Origin: Dimorphilus gyrociliatus
Taxonomy: Eukaryota > Animalia > Annelida
Assembly: GCA_904063045.1 (NCBI GenBank)
Contig: CAJFCJ010000073.1
Span: forward strand, 1-55,257
DNA length: 55,257 bases
Direction: 5' to 3'
In this document: piece after piece, positions 38,650 to 49,699 of the stretch
How the letters are laid out: every line of letters begins with the position of its first letter
How positions within the stretch are numbered: the stretch's first letter is position 1
Made by a program: the position numbers and the translations under genes
The notes under the pieces: model-generated
Told to the model about the DNA's origin: nothing
Seen by the model: only the letters and a program-made list of their open reading frames with translations
Databases searched by the model: none

Positions 38650-39324
38650 TATTATTACAAATTTCGCATGTTAAACATTTACATATGCCATCATTAAAAT
38701 GACGTAATTTGTACGATTTTCCATCAAAAAATGTAAATGAGATAAATTTATCATGAACATTTCGCAGAGTAAGAGACATTTGTTGAGAACAGATTCCAGA
38801 ACTTTTAATAAGGACTCTTAATTATGTATTTGTTAAATTTGCATATTTGATCTGATAACTAAAAATCCAGACTTTACAGTTAAACATTTGTTTTGTTCAA
38901 CATCATTTCCAATTTCTGCAATAATTTCATCTTCAGCAGTTAAAGAACAAGTTATACCAGTTATCGTTCCATTAGGTACGGGCTGAATTGAATGGATGTG
39001 ACAGAAATGTCCACAAATGAGTGCTTTTACCCTAACCCTAACCCAGCCCTTGGCTGTATCTAACTTTTTGCATTACCCCTAACCCTTAGAGGAGACCCTC
39101 CTGAGTACAAATCAGTTGCTGTCTTCTTCTTTCTAACCATTTCTTAATCCAAAAAAGTCTTGAAATTTCTCGTTTATGGACGTTTTCTGTCGACCCCGAA
39201 TTGAATAGATTGAATTTATAAAATTATTCAATTCAAGAGCATCCTTGCAGTTTCGATAAATTGATTCCAAGTTTGAAAATTTAAATGATCCAAACAGATT
39301 TAGAATTATAAGAAAGTACATCAT
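38650..39324 (-). pseudogene. Secreted fibrinogen-like (CASPR-type) domain gene disrupted by a MITE, frameshift and stop
   Basis: Removing 38993-39197 plus one TSD joins YRNCKDALEL..SIYSI to QPVPNGTITGITCSLTAED. Downstream, in a shifted frame, SYQIKYANLTNT*LRVLIKSSGICSQQM. Confidence 0.6.
38993..39197 (+). mobile_element. Telomere-repeat MITE, full length, TSD GAATTGAA(T)
   Basis: GAATTGAA at 38985-38992 and 39198-39205. G4-type tract CCCTAACCCTAACCCAGCCC at 39030-39049. Ends GGACGTTTTCTGTCGACCCC. Confidence 0.92.
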
Positions 39325-40369
39325 ATTTTCACCTAGGAAAAGAGAAAGAGAGATAAAAGTAAAGTGACAACTGTAAAAAGATATACAGCTTTCATTCAAT
39401 ATTTAAAAACTATATCAAGTAATAAAATTAGAGATTAATAATGTATTTTATTGCATTTATCATTTTAGATGAAATTTTTCCATAAAATGCCAAAAAACAA
39501 AACTTTTTAAATGAAAACAATTAATGATCTATTTACCTTTCCCAGAGAGTATCTTACAAATGAAAATCTATGAATTAATTGTTTAAAATACAATCTAATC
39601 CTAAATCAATACCAACTTGACTAAGATGTTGTGCAAATGAAGGGAATTGCATTGAAAATTGCCAAGAATTTTATAAATTAACATAATTAAACATAACAGA
39701 TTCGTTCAAAAAATTTAACGCTTTTCTTATACCATACCTGTTGGAATTCCTCTCTGAAATTCACTTTTCAACTGTTGAACTCTGATTCATAAATATTTAT
39801 TATTCAAAGCCTGTAAGTCATCTGCATTCTTCTTTCCTTTCCTTGTTCTTCAATTGATCAACAGCAGCTAAAGTCTATAGAGAGTTGGATTTTCCAATAT
39901 ATGAATAAATAATATTCCACCAATATTACAACTATACTCTGCATAATCAATGTCAATCTCCTAAAACATTGACATTTATTTGAGAAATATTTTATGTGAG
40001 AAAGAGAATAGATTTTTCAAATTAACCCATTCAATAAATTTATATGAAAGATACGTTAAAAATGACATTTAGTATGGTGGTGGTAGACGTGTGTGTGTTT
40101 CATGAAAGGCTTGGCGGTGTGAGTGTTTGGGTATGTGTGTACTTTGATGTATCGTGATTGTAGGAATTTCGTTCTCGTCCCAAACGTATTCGTCCGTACC
40201 GCTCATTTATTACACCAAAGTACTTGTCCAAATAGAACCTCAATAAACATAAAATTGACTTTTCAAATTTAATCTCCATTAGCATTTTCTTTAATAATGA
40301 AAAAGATCTATTCGTATGTAAAGATTTGGTGGTAACTACAAGTTTAATAAAAAATGCAAAATGTTCATT

Positions 40370-40700
40370 GGTAGAGAGTTCTTATAAGTTGACATTAATT
40401 TAATTAATAGATTTCAGTGATTATACTCAAATTGGCAATGGATTATCAATGATTCTTAATGGGCTATTTTAATCCTCAAGTACATTGAAATATATATCTA
40501 TTTAAAAAATTGTAATTTGTCTGAAAAAGAATTTGTCAATGATGGAAAATTGTTCGAAAATTCAATAGCATTCTAGATTATTGACATAAACCATAAACGT
40601 TCATTTGGTAATGGTTTAATTATACATTTGCAATGAACTCGTCCAATTAGCAGAGGCATTGACAACTATCGATTTGTCTGGTTGCCAAAAAGGATTTATT
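40370..40700 (+). pseudogene. Decayed RI-type LRR gene fragment (fourth family member)
   Basis: Broken translation IGNGLSMILNGLF*SSSTLKYIS..KNCNLSEKE..GKLFEN..ICNELVQLAEALTTIDLSGC follows the same repeat consensus. Confidence 0.6.
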
Positions 40701-41446
40701 CAATGAAATTATTTTGGAAACTGAAGAAAATTTTAAAAATCTATAGTTTTTAATAGTAATGAAAAAACTGGAGTTGAAGTTATGAATATTTATAATGACT
40801 CGACCCTGTCTTGAATTGTTTGAGCAGCTTGCTCTCTAAACGAAAATAACTATTCCTATTTTGGACTATTTTTAAATCAATGTAGAAATATTTGTTCTAT
40901 AAACTTAAATTGTAAACAGCAATCTAATTGAAAAGTTGGTGTAAGGATTTTTCCAATTTCCATATGTTTAGTAGTTGCATAACAATTCCTTAAAGGGTGG
41001 AAATTGTCGTTTCAAAAGAACAATATGTTCAGTTTTTCTACTTTTCTAAATATTACTGACATAGTTGAAAACACAATGATAATTCATAATGAAAAAACTT
41101 ACATGTTTTCATCGTGTTCCCTACTATGAGCGTTTCATTTTTTATTATTATTGAAGATTATAAATTGATGACAATATAAAATCTATTACAGGCATAAGGT
41201 TTATAAAACTTATGAGTTTGTGAATAGCTTTCTATTGTGTTAAAGAATATTATAGTTTGATTTTTGTTCCTATAATAAATATATTCATTTCTATTCAATC
41301 CATACAAAATGTTTTATGTAAAATAATGTAGAATGAAATCTTTTAGTTTATTGTACAAGTTTAAAGAAGATCAATGATGATACCACATTTCTTGTACATT
41401 TTTCCAAATCTTTTACTTTGCATCCGTAGGTTGAGTTTTCTTCATA

Positions 41447-43890
41447 TTGAACAAGATTTTTAAGACGAAAAACGCAAACTTTATTATCTTAGATCAAGCT
41501 ACTCAAGCAAACTTGTTGAATTTAGCAAGAGGTAAGTTATCCTTTCAGAGCTCTACATATGGAGGCGTTACAGCACCCATGGAACCTGGTTTTGCTATTG
41601 ATAGTAATGTTGGTGTTTTACTTACAAATGTACGTACACAAATAAATGTACATATCAACTAGATATTATGCGTTCTATTCAGAAAGTCGAGATTACCATT
41701 AAAGAAATACTGTTTTTTTTTCAGGAAAACAATAATTGCTCAAGAACAAGTAAACATAGTTCAGAAAAGTCTTGGTGGTCAGTTGATCTTGAACAAATTT
41801 ATAGTATTACCGAAGTATGTCTTCTCAACGTAAATGACAATATCTGTAAGTAAATTAACAAATAATGTAGATTGAAAATCATTAGTTCATAATATTTAAT
41901 GTCCAGACGACAGACTTCAGCAATTTCATATTCTTCTTGGGAAATTTCCAAATAATGAGAATAGCATATGTAAATTCGTGACTGATCCAGTGAAAAGACC
42001 AACTTCAACAGATTCTTCTCAGTACAGCTGTTATTCTTGCAATCCTGATTCTATAGGCTCTTTTCTTACAATAAGATTGATAGCTGTTGATATAGAGTTG
42101 ATACTATGCGATGTAAATGTTAGAGGAAAGTTAATCAATGACAAAAGAGGTAGGGCAGCAGTACAGATTTTAGCAAATTGAAATAAACAGAAAAATCCTA
42201 AAATCATTGCCTTTTATAAAAAGCTTTTCATCTGTTAAATTTCGCAAATTCAAAAACAACAACGGGAGGACATCGAACTACTCATGTAAAAGAAAATGGA
42301 TATGACAATGACTATAAAACACTCTTTCATTCAAGAGGGTGGTTTTGCAAAACCATATATCTTATTCGATAATCTAAGAATCTTAAGATACCATAGAATA
42401 ATTTTTGTTTCATTATACAATGATGGTTTGTAATGAGCTATTTGTTTCGACATTTCAATTTTTATTTGAAATATTTATTAAAATGTCTTTTTCAGATCAT
42501 CATAAAAGATTTAGAAATGTTTACATTTCTATTAAAAATATTCCGGAAACAAACTTCAATCCAAACAGTATTTTTTGCGTAAAAGATTTTTCAGGAAAAT
42601 TCACAACGAAATACGAATTATTGAACGTATTGTGTGATCCTGCTCTTATTGGAAGATACCTGATTGTCAGCCGGGAAGATAATACTTATAATTACAAATT
42701 ATTAGAATTTATGGAGATATATATATATATTTCAGAAATAGATCAACATGAGCCATACAGTTTTGTATTTAAATTACAACTTATAAAAATTAAATTACGT
42801 AAACTTTCATTATTCTGATCGCAGAAACTCCACATTCATTTAAACATTACATCACTCAAGCAACATTGAATGACGTTTCTCTATCGACAAACCAATTAGA
42901 TTTATTAAAGGATGATGTTTACTATATTAATGATAATGATGGACAAATATCTTTGGCGTCAAACGATGTACTCGTTCTCACTACAAAGCTTGTTCATATT
43001 AATTCACTGTGTCTAAGAGGTTTATCATTTTAGGAATATCTTACATCAGTATATTTTGTATGTTTTTTTTCAGTGTTTCATGGAACAAATTCGAAACCTG
43101 GAATTTTAATTAAAATTACTAATTTTCTAACTGGAACAATAACCTCAAAAGAGATACCTGGCGATTTTAAACATTCGCACACAGTTTGTGTCCAATTCGG
43201 CTTTCTCCTGACAAAAAACATAAAAATAGAATCGCCAGATAGTCGAGGTTTGGCAGAAGTTGATCTAATTGCAGTTTCATCTTTAACACAGAAAAGTTAG
43301 TTTTCCATTTTTATTTACTCAAACTAAATTATAGCTAAAAAAATTTGCAGTTGGAGGAAAATGCTTAGAAAACAACCACAAATGGACATATCCAACTTCT
43401 CTTCTACCAATCAATTCCGATTTATTTTATTACATTTTGCTGGAAGGTGTAAATACTGCTGATGAAATTGTAGTCTACAAATTAAAAAATTCCACATATC
43501 AATCAGCAAATTTGTGTAGCAGTATTCAAATTTCGGATGAAGATTGGAATTCCAGAAACTACTTACTCTTTAAATGTAAAAAATTTGATGGATTTATTGA
43601 AATTAGTCATTATCTTTTACGGCAAATCGTTACTCTTTTGCACATTTTTTAAGCCACTTTCCCTTCCTTTTATTTTTTTATCTATATATGGCGTTGACAA
43701 AAAACAATCACAAGTAGTCAGGAAGAACAAGACAGTAACTGAGTTACACTTAAGAATGTCTCCTCAAATGAAAAAGGTAATGGGAAAGGTTAAAACAAAG
43801 ATAAAAGCATTGATTTGTGGTCGTTTTCTATCGCACCAGTTCTATATTCACTTTAAATCTGTAGAAAATAAACCACTTTTAACCATTTGA
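41447..43890 (+). CDS. Multi-exon F-type lectin (fucolectin/FTP) domain protein; boundaries approximate
   Basis: NLARGKLSFQSSTYGG..AIDSN; NCSRT..SWWSVDLEQIYSITEVCLLN; GSFLTIR..LILCDVNV; second domain with CDPALIGRYLIV..LEFMEIYI. Confidence 0.75.
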
Positions 43891-44342
43891 ACATGTATCA
43901 AAAAATGTGTTGTTCATGCCTCCATTTCCATTCAAATCAATTATGTATATTTTATGGTTTTTCTTATAGCAGGTCTCCTGTTTTACTACATTTTTCTACA
44001 CCTAGACAAATAATTAGGATATAATTACCATTTTTTTAAAAGTTTTTCAGGTATTTCCCGCTTTATATACTAAATTAATTTTCAAGAAAATTCAAAAAAG
44101 AATGAAATAAAATTTTTCCTAATCCTAGAATGACAGCTAAAACTTAGCCCTATACTTTACCCAATATGCATGTTTTGTCTTGGGCTTGCTTGATGCAGGG
44201 TAGAGTTAAATGCTTAAACATAATTATATCTTGCTTTTATTGTATAACAATGTTTCTGTTGACATTTCAATAATTTTCGCAGAAAAAATGTTATGTTAAA
44301 CTCGAAATCATTTTTTTAAGAAACGTTAAAATGTTTAACTCT

Positions 44343-44570
44343 ATTATCGCTCATATATATTTTAAATATCACTGTTTGAAAAAGGCCAAAAAATTTGAGC
44401 ATGAAATTTTAAAATTTGACATTTATTGAAAATTTTTTTAAAATATAGAGATTTTCTAAAATTTAAAATTAAAATGTGAACGTTGAGAAATAAGTCATTC
44501 TGAAATTTTAACTAAAGAATGTAGGCGATTGGTGTCACTCGGATATATTTATAGTAGAGTATACAATATA
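44343..44570 (+). repeat. Direct duplication of the CRAL-TRIO upstream region (partner at 46671-46980)
   Basis: Shared ATTATCGCTCAT.TATATT.TAAATATCACT and AACTAAA.AATGTAGGCGATTGGTGTCA..GGAT.TATTTATAGTAGA. Confidence 0.75.
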
Positions 44571-44834
44571 GGCCTAAATTTTTTTTATTTGATATATTAG
44601 TTTTAAAATGCTCTGTAAGAAATGGAAAACATTGCCAATGAAGGTACTAAAGTAAAACTCATGACTTTCAGAATTAAATATACTTATTTTATATACATTT
44701 ATCAAATATATGTACTTTTTAATGTGAATTTTCTAACGGTAACTATATTATCTCTCGCAAGTTGTTTACTCACAGCGACACCTGTGTATTAAAGACGAGA
44801 ATTTATTATTTGGTAATCATTTCTACCATAGAAT

Positions 44835-46157
44835 ATGGCAGAGACTGGCTACATTTGCACTCTTGAAGAAAAGTATATTAAGAAAGCTAAAGATGAATTG
44901 AACGAAATACCAAGTGATAGATTATCAGCTGTTCAAGCTTTAAGAGATTGGATCAACGAGCAGAAACATATTAAATTTGATACAAGTTTGTTATTTTTCT
45001 TTTGCTATTATAAAAGTGATATGAAATTTGTTTATTGTTTTATAGAAACATTGAACTTGATCAGATTTTTAAGGCATGCCAAATACAGTCAAGCTAAAGC
45101 AAGAGAAACAATTGAAAATGTTATCAAGTTTGTCCTTAACAATCAACTGTATTTTTTAAATTTAGATTCTCAATGTGATTTAATTCAAGATACTGTTAGA
45201 AGAGGGTAAATATTAGTTATTAAATGCAATCTAACAAAAAATAATATTCCATTTTTATCTTCTGTTTTTAGTCAATTAGTCCTTTTACCTGGATACGACA
45301 ATGAAGGTCGAATTATAGTACTCTATAAATTAAGTGTGTTTTTCAATAAAATTTTCTTATTCTTGACAATTAGAGACTGTATGTTTTTAGATATGATATC
45401 TTTTGAAGAGCTGAAGAAGAAATACAAATTTATGACCTTTATTAAGACCCTCAATGCAATTATTTTGACCCTCAAAGATGATGAAATGTTTCAAGTGAAT
45501 GGTTTTCAAATGATTTTTGACATGACTGGTTTTAATTTGAAAATGTTATCATTATTCCATGATCCCGAAGCTGTTAGATTTAATAAAGAGAGTCAGGTAA
45601 CAAATATTTTCACAATATTTCTTTCCAATATTAAAATTCAAAAAATAACAAACAAAACTAGAAAGCTCAAGTGGGAAGAATGAAAGGCATACATTATTAT
45701 AATATTGGAATACTCTTTGAAGCTCTGTTTTCAATTTATAAACCCTTCATGAGCAAGAAGCAAAAAGAAAGGGTAAGGTGTTTTTTTTGTGAAGATAACC
45801 GGATCTTTGTCACAATTACTTTCTTTTTTAGCTATATGTTCATGAAACTTTGGAATCGCTGTTCAATCATATTCCTAAAAGAATGCTACCAGATGAATAT
45901 TTACCTGATGAATATGACGGACAAAGAGCCGGGTCTCTTCTAGATCTTGGAGGTACTCCAATAAAAATAAACTTCAATTTGAGCAAAAATAAATTTAATT
46001 ATTCTTTATTCTCTTTTCAGCTGAAACGGGAGAGAGATTACTCAAATATAATGATCAAATTCTCGAGTTTACTAATCCAGATAACTTCGGTTTCGATGAG
46101 AGCAAGAAATCTTCCGACGAACCTCTACAACATTTCAGGAAATTAAATATTGATTAA
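44835..46157 (+). CDS. CRAL-TRIO lipid-binding protein, paralog 2
   Basis: MAETGYICTLEEKYIKKAKDELNEIP; DEMFQVNGFQMIFDMTG; RMKGIHYYN; KRMLPDEYLPDEYDG; ends EPLQHFRKLNID*. Exon organisation appears to match 24491-25804. Confidence 0.93.
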
Positions 46158-46302
46158 AAAGAATTCTAAATTGACTTTTATTCAAAGTTTCAATATTTGT
46201 TCCAATTCATTTCATGATTGCCTATGTTTTTCGAATAAACATTTTGTCACATTAAAGTGTTTTTCAATTTTATAAATGTAGAATTTTAGGGTTACGTGTA
46301 AA

Positions 46303-46495
46303 AGGCATGTCATGGAAAACGTTTACAAATCTTTCCTTTAACAAAACCCTAACCAAGCCCTTGTGTTTGTATAATCATCTTCAATAGTCCTAACCCTCAG
46401 ATGGTTTCCAAAAACTACATCTCAGTAGCTATCTTATTTTTTAACCTAAAATCTAACTTCCAAATATCTCATTTGTGGACATTTTCCATCACCCC
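46303..46495 (+). mobile_element. Older telomere-repeat MITE copy
   Basis: ATGGAAAACGTTTACAAAT ... ATTTGTGGACATTTTCCATCACCCC; degenerate CCCTAA core. Confidence 0.75.
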
Positions 46496-46990
46496 TGTTT
46501 AAAATTAGGGATATAGAAATAGAAGAGATATGTCTCGTTTCTCTTGTATAACAACATTGTAATAAATTTCATGCAAAAATTTAATGTAAAACCCGTAAAA
46601 CAACTCAACTTGTAGTCTTTTCAATTTTATTAGTCCTACTTTTATAAATAATACATCTTTTTTAACTTCATTATCGCTCATGTATATTCTAAATATCACT
46701 TTCTATCACATGTCAAAAATTTGTGTATGTACTTTCCTGCTGAGGTTGTAGGTAAGTACTGGTCCAAATAGAACCGAACCAGGAGTAAGCCACTTAGAAG
46801 AGAGATGTAGAATTAAATTTAAAAATTGACACTTACTCATAAAAATTATTTGAAAGGTTTAACTTTTTTTAAGTTTAAGTATAAAATGTCAATGTTGATT
46901 ATTGAGCCATTTTATAATTTCAACTAAAAAATGTAGGCGATTGGTGTCAATTGGATTTATTTATAGTAGAATGTATAATGTAGCTTTTTT

Positions 46991-47271
46991 AAAATGGTTG
47001 GGAGTAAACGATCCAGTTAGCTGAACTTTAGGGTAAGATTACGAGCTTTTCTAGGGTTAGAAAAATTTTAATTTGAATATTTTTGAGGTTAGGTAGGGCT
47101 GAACTGATGGTTGGGAAGGGTAAAGTGGATAGAATCTTGTTATTTATTGAGTTAGGGTTAAGGCTACACGCCAAAACATGGACCGTTTTCTCCCATGTCC
47201 CTAGTTTACTCCTCTTAACCATTTTCAATCCAAAATCTTGCCTTCAAATATCTTTCAATTCTGTTGACCCC
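46991..47271. mobile_element. Rearranged, inverted composite of the telomere-repeat MITE
   Basis: Minus-oriented copy 46991-47201 ending GGACCGTTTTCTCCCATGTCCC, followed directly by a plus-oriented 3' half (AACCATTTTCAATCCAAAATCTTG..TTCTGTTGACCCC). Confidence 0.7.
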
Positions 47272-47553
47272 TATATACAAAATATCAACACAAGATTTTT
47301 GTCTTTAGTATAAATGTATTCAGCGCTATATGAAAATTTCAAACAATTTGTTTGTTACATTTGCCTATTACAATTTCATTTTAGGGTTAGCATTTAGATA
47401 ATGCTGGAAAAAATAATCTTTCAAAAGGAATATGTAAAAGACAGAAGGACGCCTAAAGCATGGAAAGAGTCTTCACTATAAAATTACCATATTTCTCTCC
47501 GTTGTTTAGTTATACGTGATCGATTCTCTGTCACGTGATACACACTTTTCAAT

Positions 47554-48522
47554 ATGACTGCTGAACAATCTCAATTCGAACTTGAAGAAATAGAATGTGA
47601 AATTTGTTTAGATTGTTGGATGGATGATCCAAAAATACTGTCTTGTCAACATACATTTTGTATAAAGTGTTTCAGGGAATTACCAATTAAAAATTTTCAA
47701 ATTTTTTGTCCAAAATGTGGAGCAAATTGTCCAATACCCAAAGAAAACTGGATAGACAAACCAGTAGTTAATGATTCTGTAAAGAAGAATGGATTATCTT
47801 ATATATGTAATGGACTCTATCAATCCATCAACACTTTAAAAGATGTCACATTTTTTAATTGCTATTTAAATGAGGAAAACTGTAATCAGATTGGAAATAT
47901 GTTGAAATATTGCTCAATATTAGAAAATATTCATATAAGGTGGAATAGAAATATGGAAAATGGAATAATTCATATTTGTGAAGGTCTTTTTCCATCATCA
48001 AATACTTTGAAGGTTTTAGATTTTTATGGTTGTAATTTAGACGTTGAAGGATGCAAGCAAATTGGAAATCTTTTAGAAAATTGCTCTATAATAGAACAAA
48101 TTGATTTGGGATGGAATAAATCAATGAAAACTGGTATAGATTTTATTTGTAAAGGTCTTTCTCAATCAACTAATTCATTGAAATATATGAATTTTATTAA
48201 TTGCAACATAAATGAAGAACAATGTAAAAGTATAGGAAATCTCCTTCAAAGTTGTTCCAGTTTCGAAACAATTAACTTATATGGAAATAGTAGGGTAAAA
48301 GAAGGTATATTTGCTATTTGTAAGGGACTAATTCAATCATCAAATACCTTGAAAAACATCACTTTTTGCAATTGTAATTTAAGTGATGAAATTTGTAAAA
48401 TAATTAGAGAAATGTTAGAAACATGCTCTGAATTGGAAAAATTAGATTTAAGTTTAAATCATGAAATAGGAAATGAATTTTCTTTTGATATTTCTCAACA
48501 ATTGTTTAATTTAAATATTTAG
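47554..48522 (+). CDS. Intronless RING-HC plus RI-type LRR protein (putative E3 ligase/sensor)
   Basis: C3HC4 RING CEICLD..ILSCQHTFCIKC..CPKC, followed by alternating 28/29-aa LRRs (LKVLDFYGCNLD../IEQIDLGWNKSM..). Confidence 0.9.
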   Translation: MTAEQSQFELEEIECEICLDCWMDDPKILSCQHTFCIKCFRELPIKNFQIFCPKCGANCPIPKENWIDKPVVNDSVKKNGLSYICNGLYQSINTLKDVTFFNCYLNEENCNQIGNMLKYCSILENIHIRWNRNMENGIIHICEGLFPSSNTLKVLDFYGCNLDVEGCKQIGNLLENCSIIEQIDLGWNKSMKTGIDFICKGLSQSTNSLKYMNFINCNINEEQCKSIGNLLQSCSSFETINLYGNSRVKEGIFAICKGLIQSSNTLKNITFCNCNLSDEICKIIREMLETCSELEKLDLSLNHEIGNEFSFDISQQLFNLNI

Positions 48523-48829
48523 ACAAAAAGTTGAAGATAATCTCCCAGGAATAAAACAAAAATTGTAATAAAAATGATATGAAAATTTTTTTATTATTCC
48601 CTCATTTGTAATTTAGAGAAACATAAGAGTCTCTCTCATTCATCACATAAAGCACCTACACATTTCTCAGTCTATAATTTACTCCATCTAGAGTCTATAA
48701 TTGATATTACCATAGAGTAATTTAGGTCTATATTTTTGTTAAATATACATTTATCCATTATTTGAATCAAGTAAATGTTCTTCAGCATAAATGACTTGAA
48801 CAATGTTTAACACAAATGAAAGAGAAAAC

Positions 48830-49005
48830 CTCTCAGTAGGCTAGAGTTTGAGGTAAGATTTGGGGCATTTCAAGGTTAAGAAAATTTTGATTTTGATTTT
48901 TTTTCAGGTCATGTAGGACTGGCGGTTGGAAAACGCAAAATTGAGAGTCCCATTAACTGCTAGTTTAGAGTTTGGGTAAAACACCAAAAAATAGGATGTT
49001 TCTCA
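48830..49005 (-). mobile_element. Degenerate copy of the telomere-repeat MITE (47010-type subfamily)
   Basis: GAGGTAAGATT..AAGGTTAAGAAAATTTT..GGGTAAAACACCAAAAAATAGGATGTTTCTCA parallels 47030-47195. Confidence 0.55.
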
Positions 49006-49699
49006 ACATTACTGTCACAAATATATTTCTTACATTTGATATAATATGTTATAAATAATTTCTATAGAAAATTGTCTTTTCCTAGTTTAAAAACTAAATT
49101 TTCAATGTTTACATTATTTTTTTTCCCTCTCGGAAAACCTTTCTATGTCAAGTGATCAATACCTTGTAAAAGATCGGAGGAAATATCAATTATAAAAAAC
49201 GAGTGACATTACTTTATATTTTAGACTTGGCGATGTAGTTTCATAATTTTCAGGATAATGTCATATGGAATTAACAAAATGCTGTATCTATGAAACCAAG
49301 CAGATAGGGCGCTGTCTGTTCGTTAATTTTATATACTTTATTTTCTTGTTAACCAATAAAAGAAGATCTAAGGCCACGCGTCCCCCATGTTTTTTTTACA
49401 AATCCAATTTCTCTTGGAAATTATCAAATTTTTGTTCAATACCACTAAATATTTAAAAATTGAGAAATATAACTAGACAAATATTGATCAACTGTTAGAA
49501 TAATTAATGCTACTCTAACAAATTTATTGTACTTAAAACATTGATATATCATAATTCGTCGTAAATATAGACGAGAATAGACTTTTTCAATATACTCAAT
49601 ATATTAAGTATAACATACACTTTCAGATAATTACTAATTGCAATCATTTATCTCTTTTTTAATATATGTTGTCTGTTCAAATGATGAGCTCTGTGAAGA

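Noticed and set aside
26351-39049. TTAGGG/CCCTAA tracts as a true telomere or chromosome-fusion site
   Set aside because: Only 2-3 perfect units, always at the same position inside a ~200-bp TIR element.
46745-46765. GTAGGTAAGTAC as a spliced-leader RNA or U1 snRNA gene
   Set aside because: Only the donor-like motif is present; no recognisable Sm site, stem-loops or U1 body.
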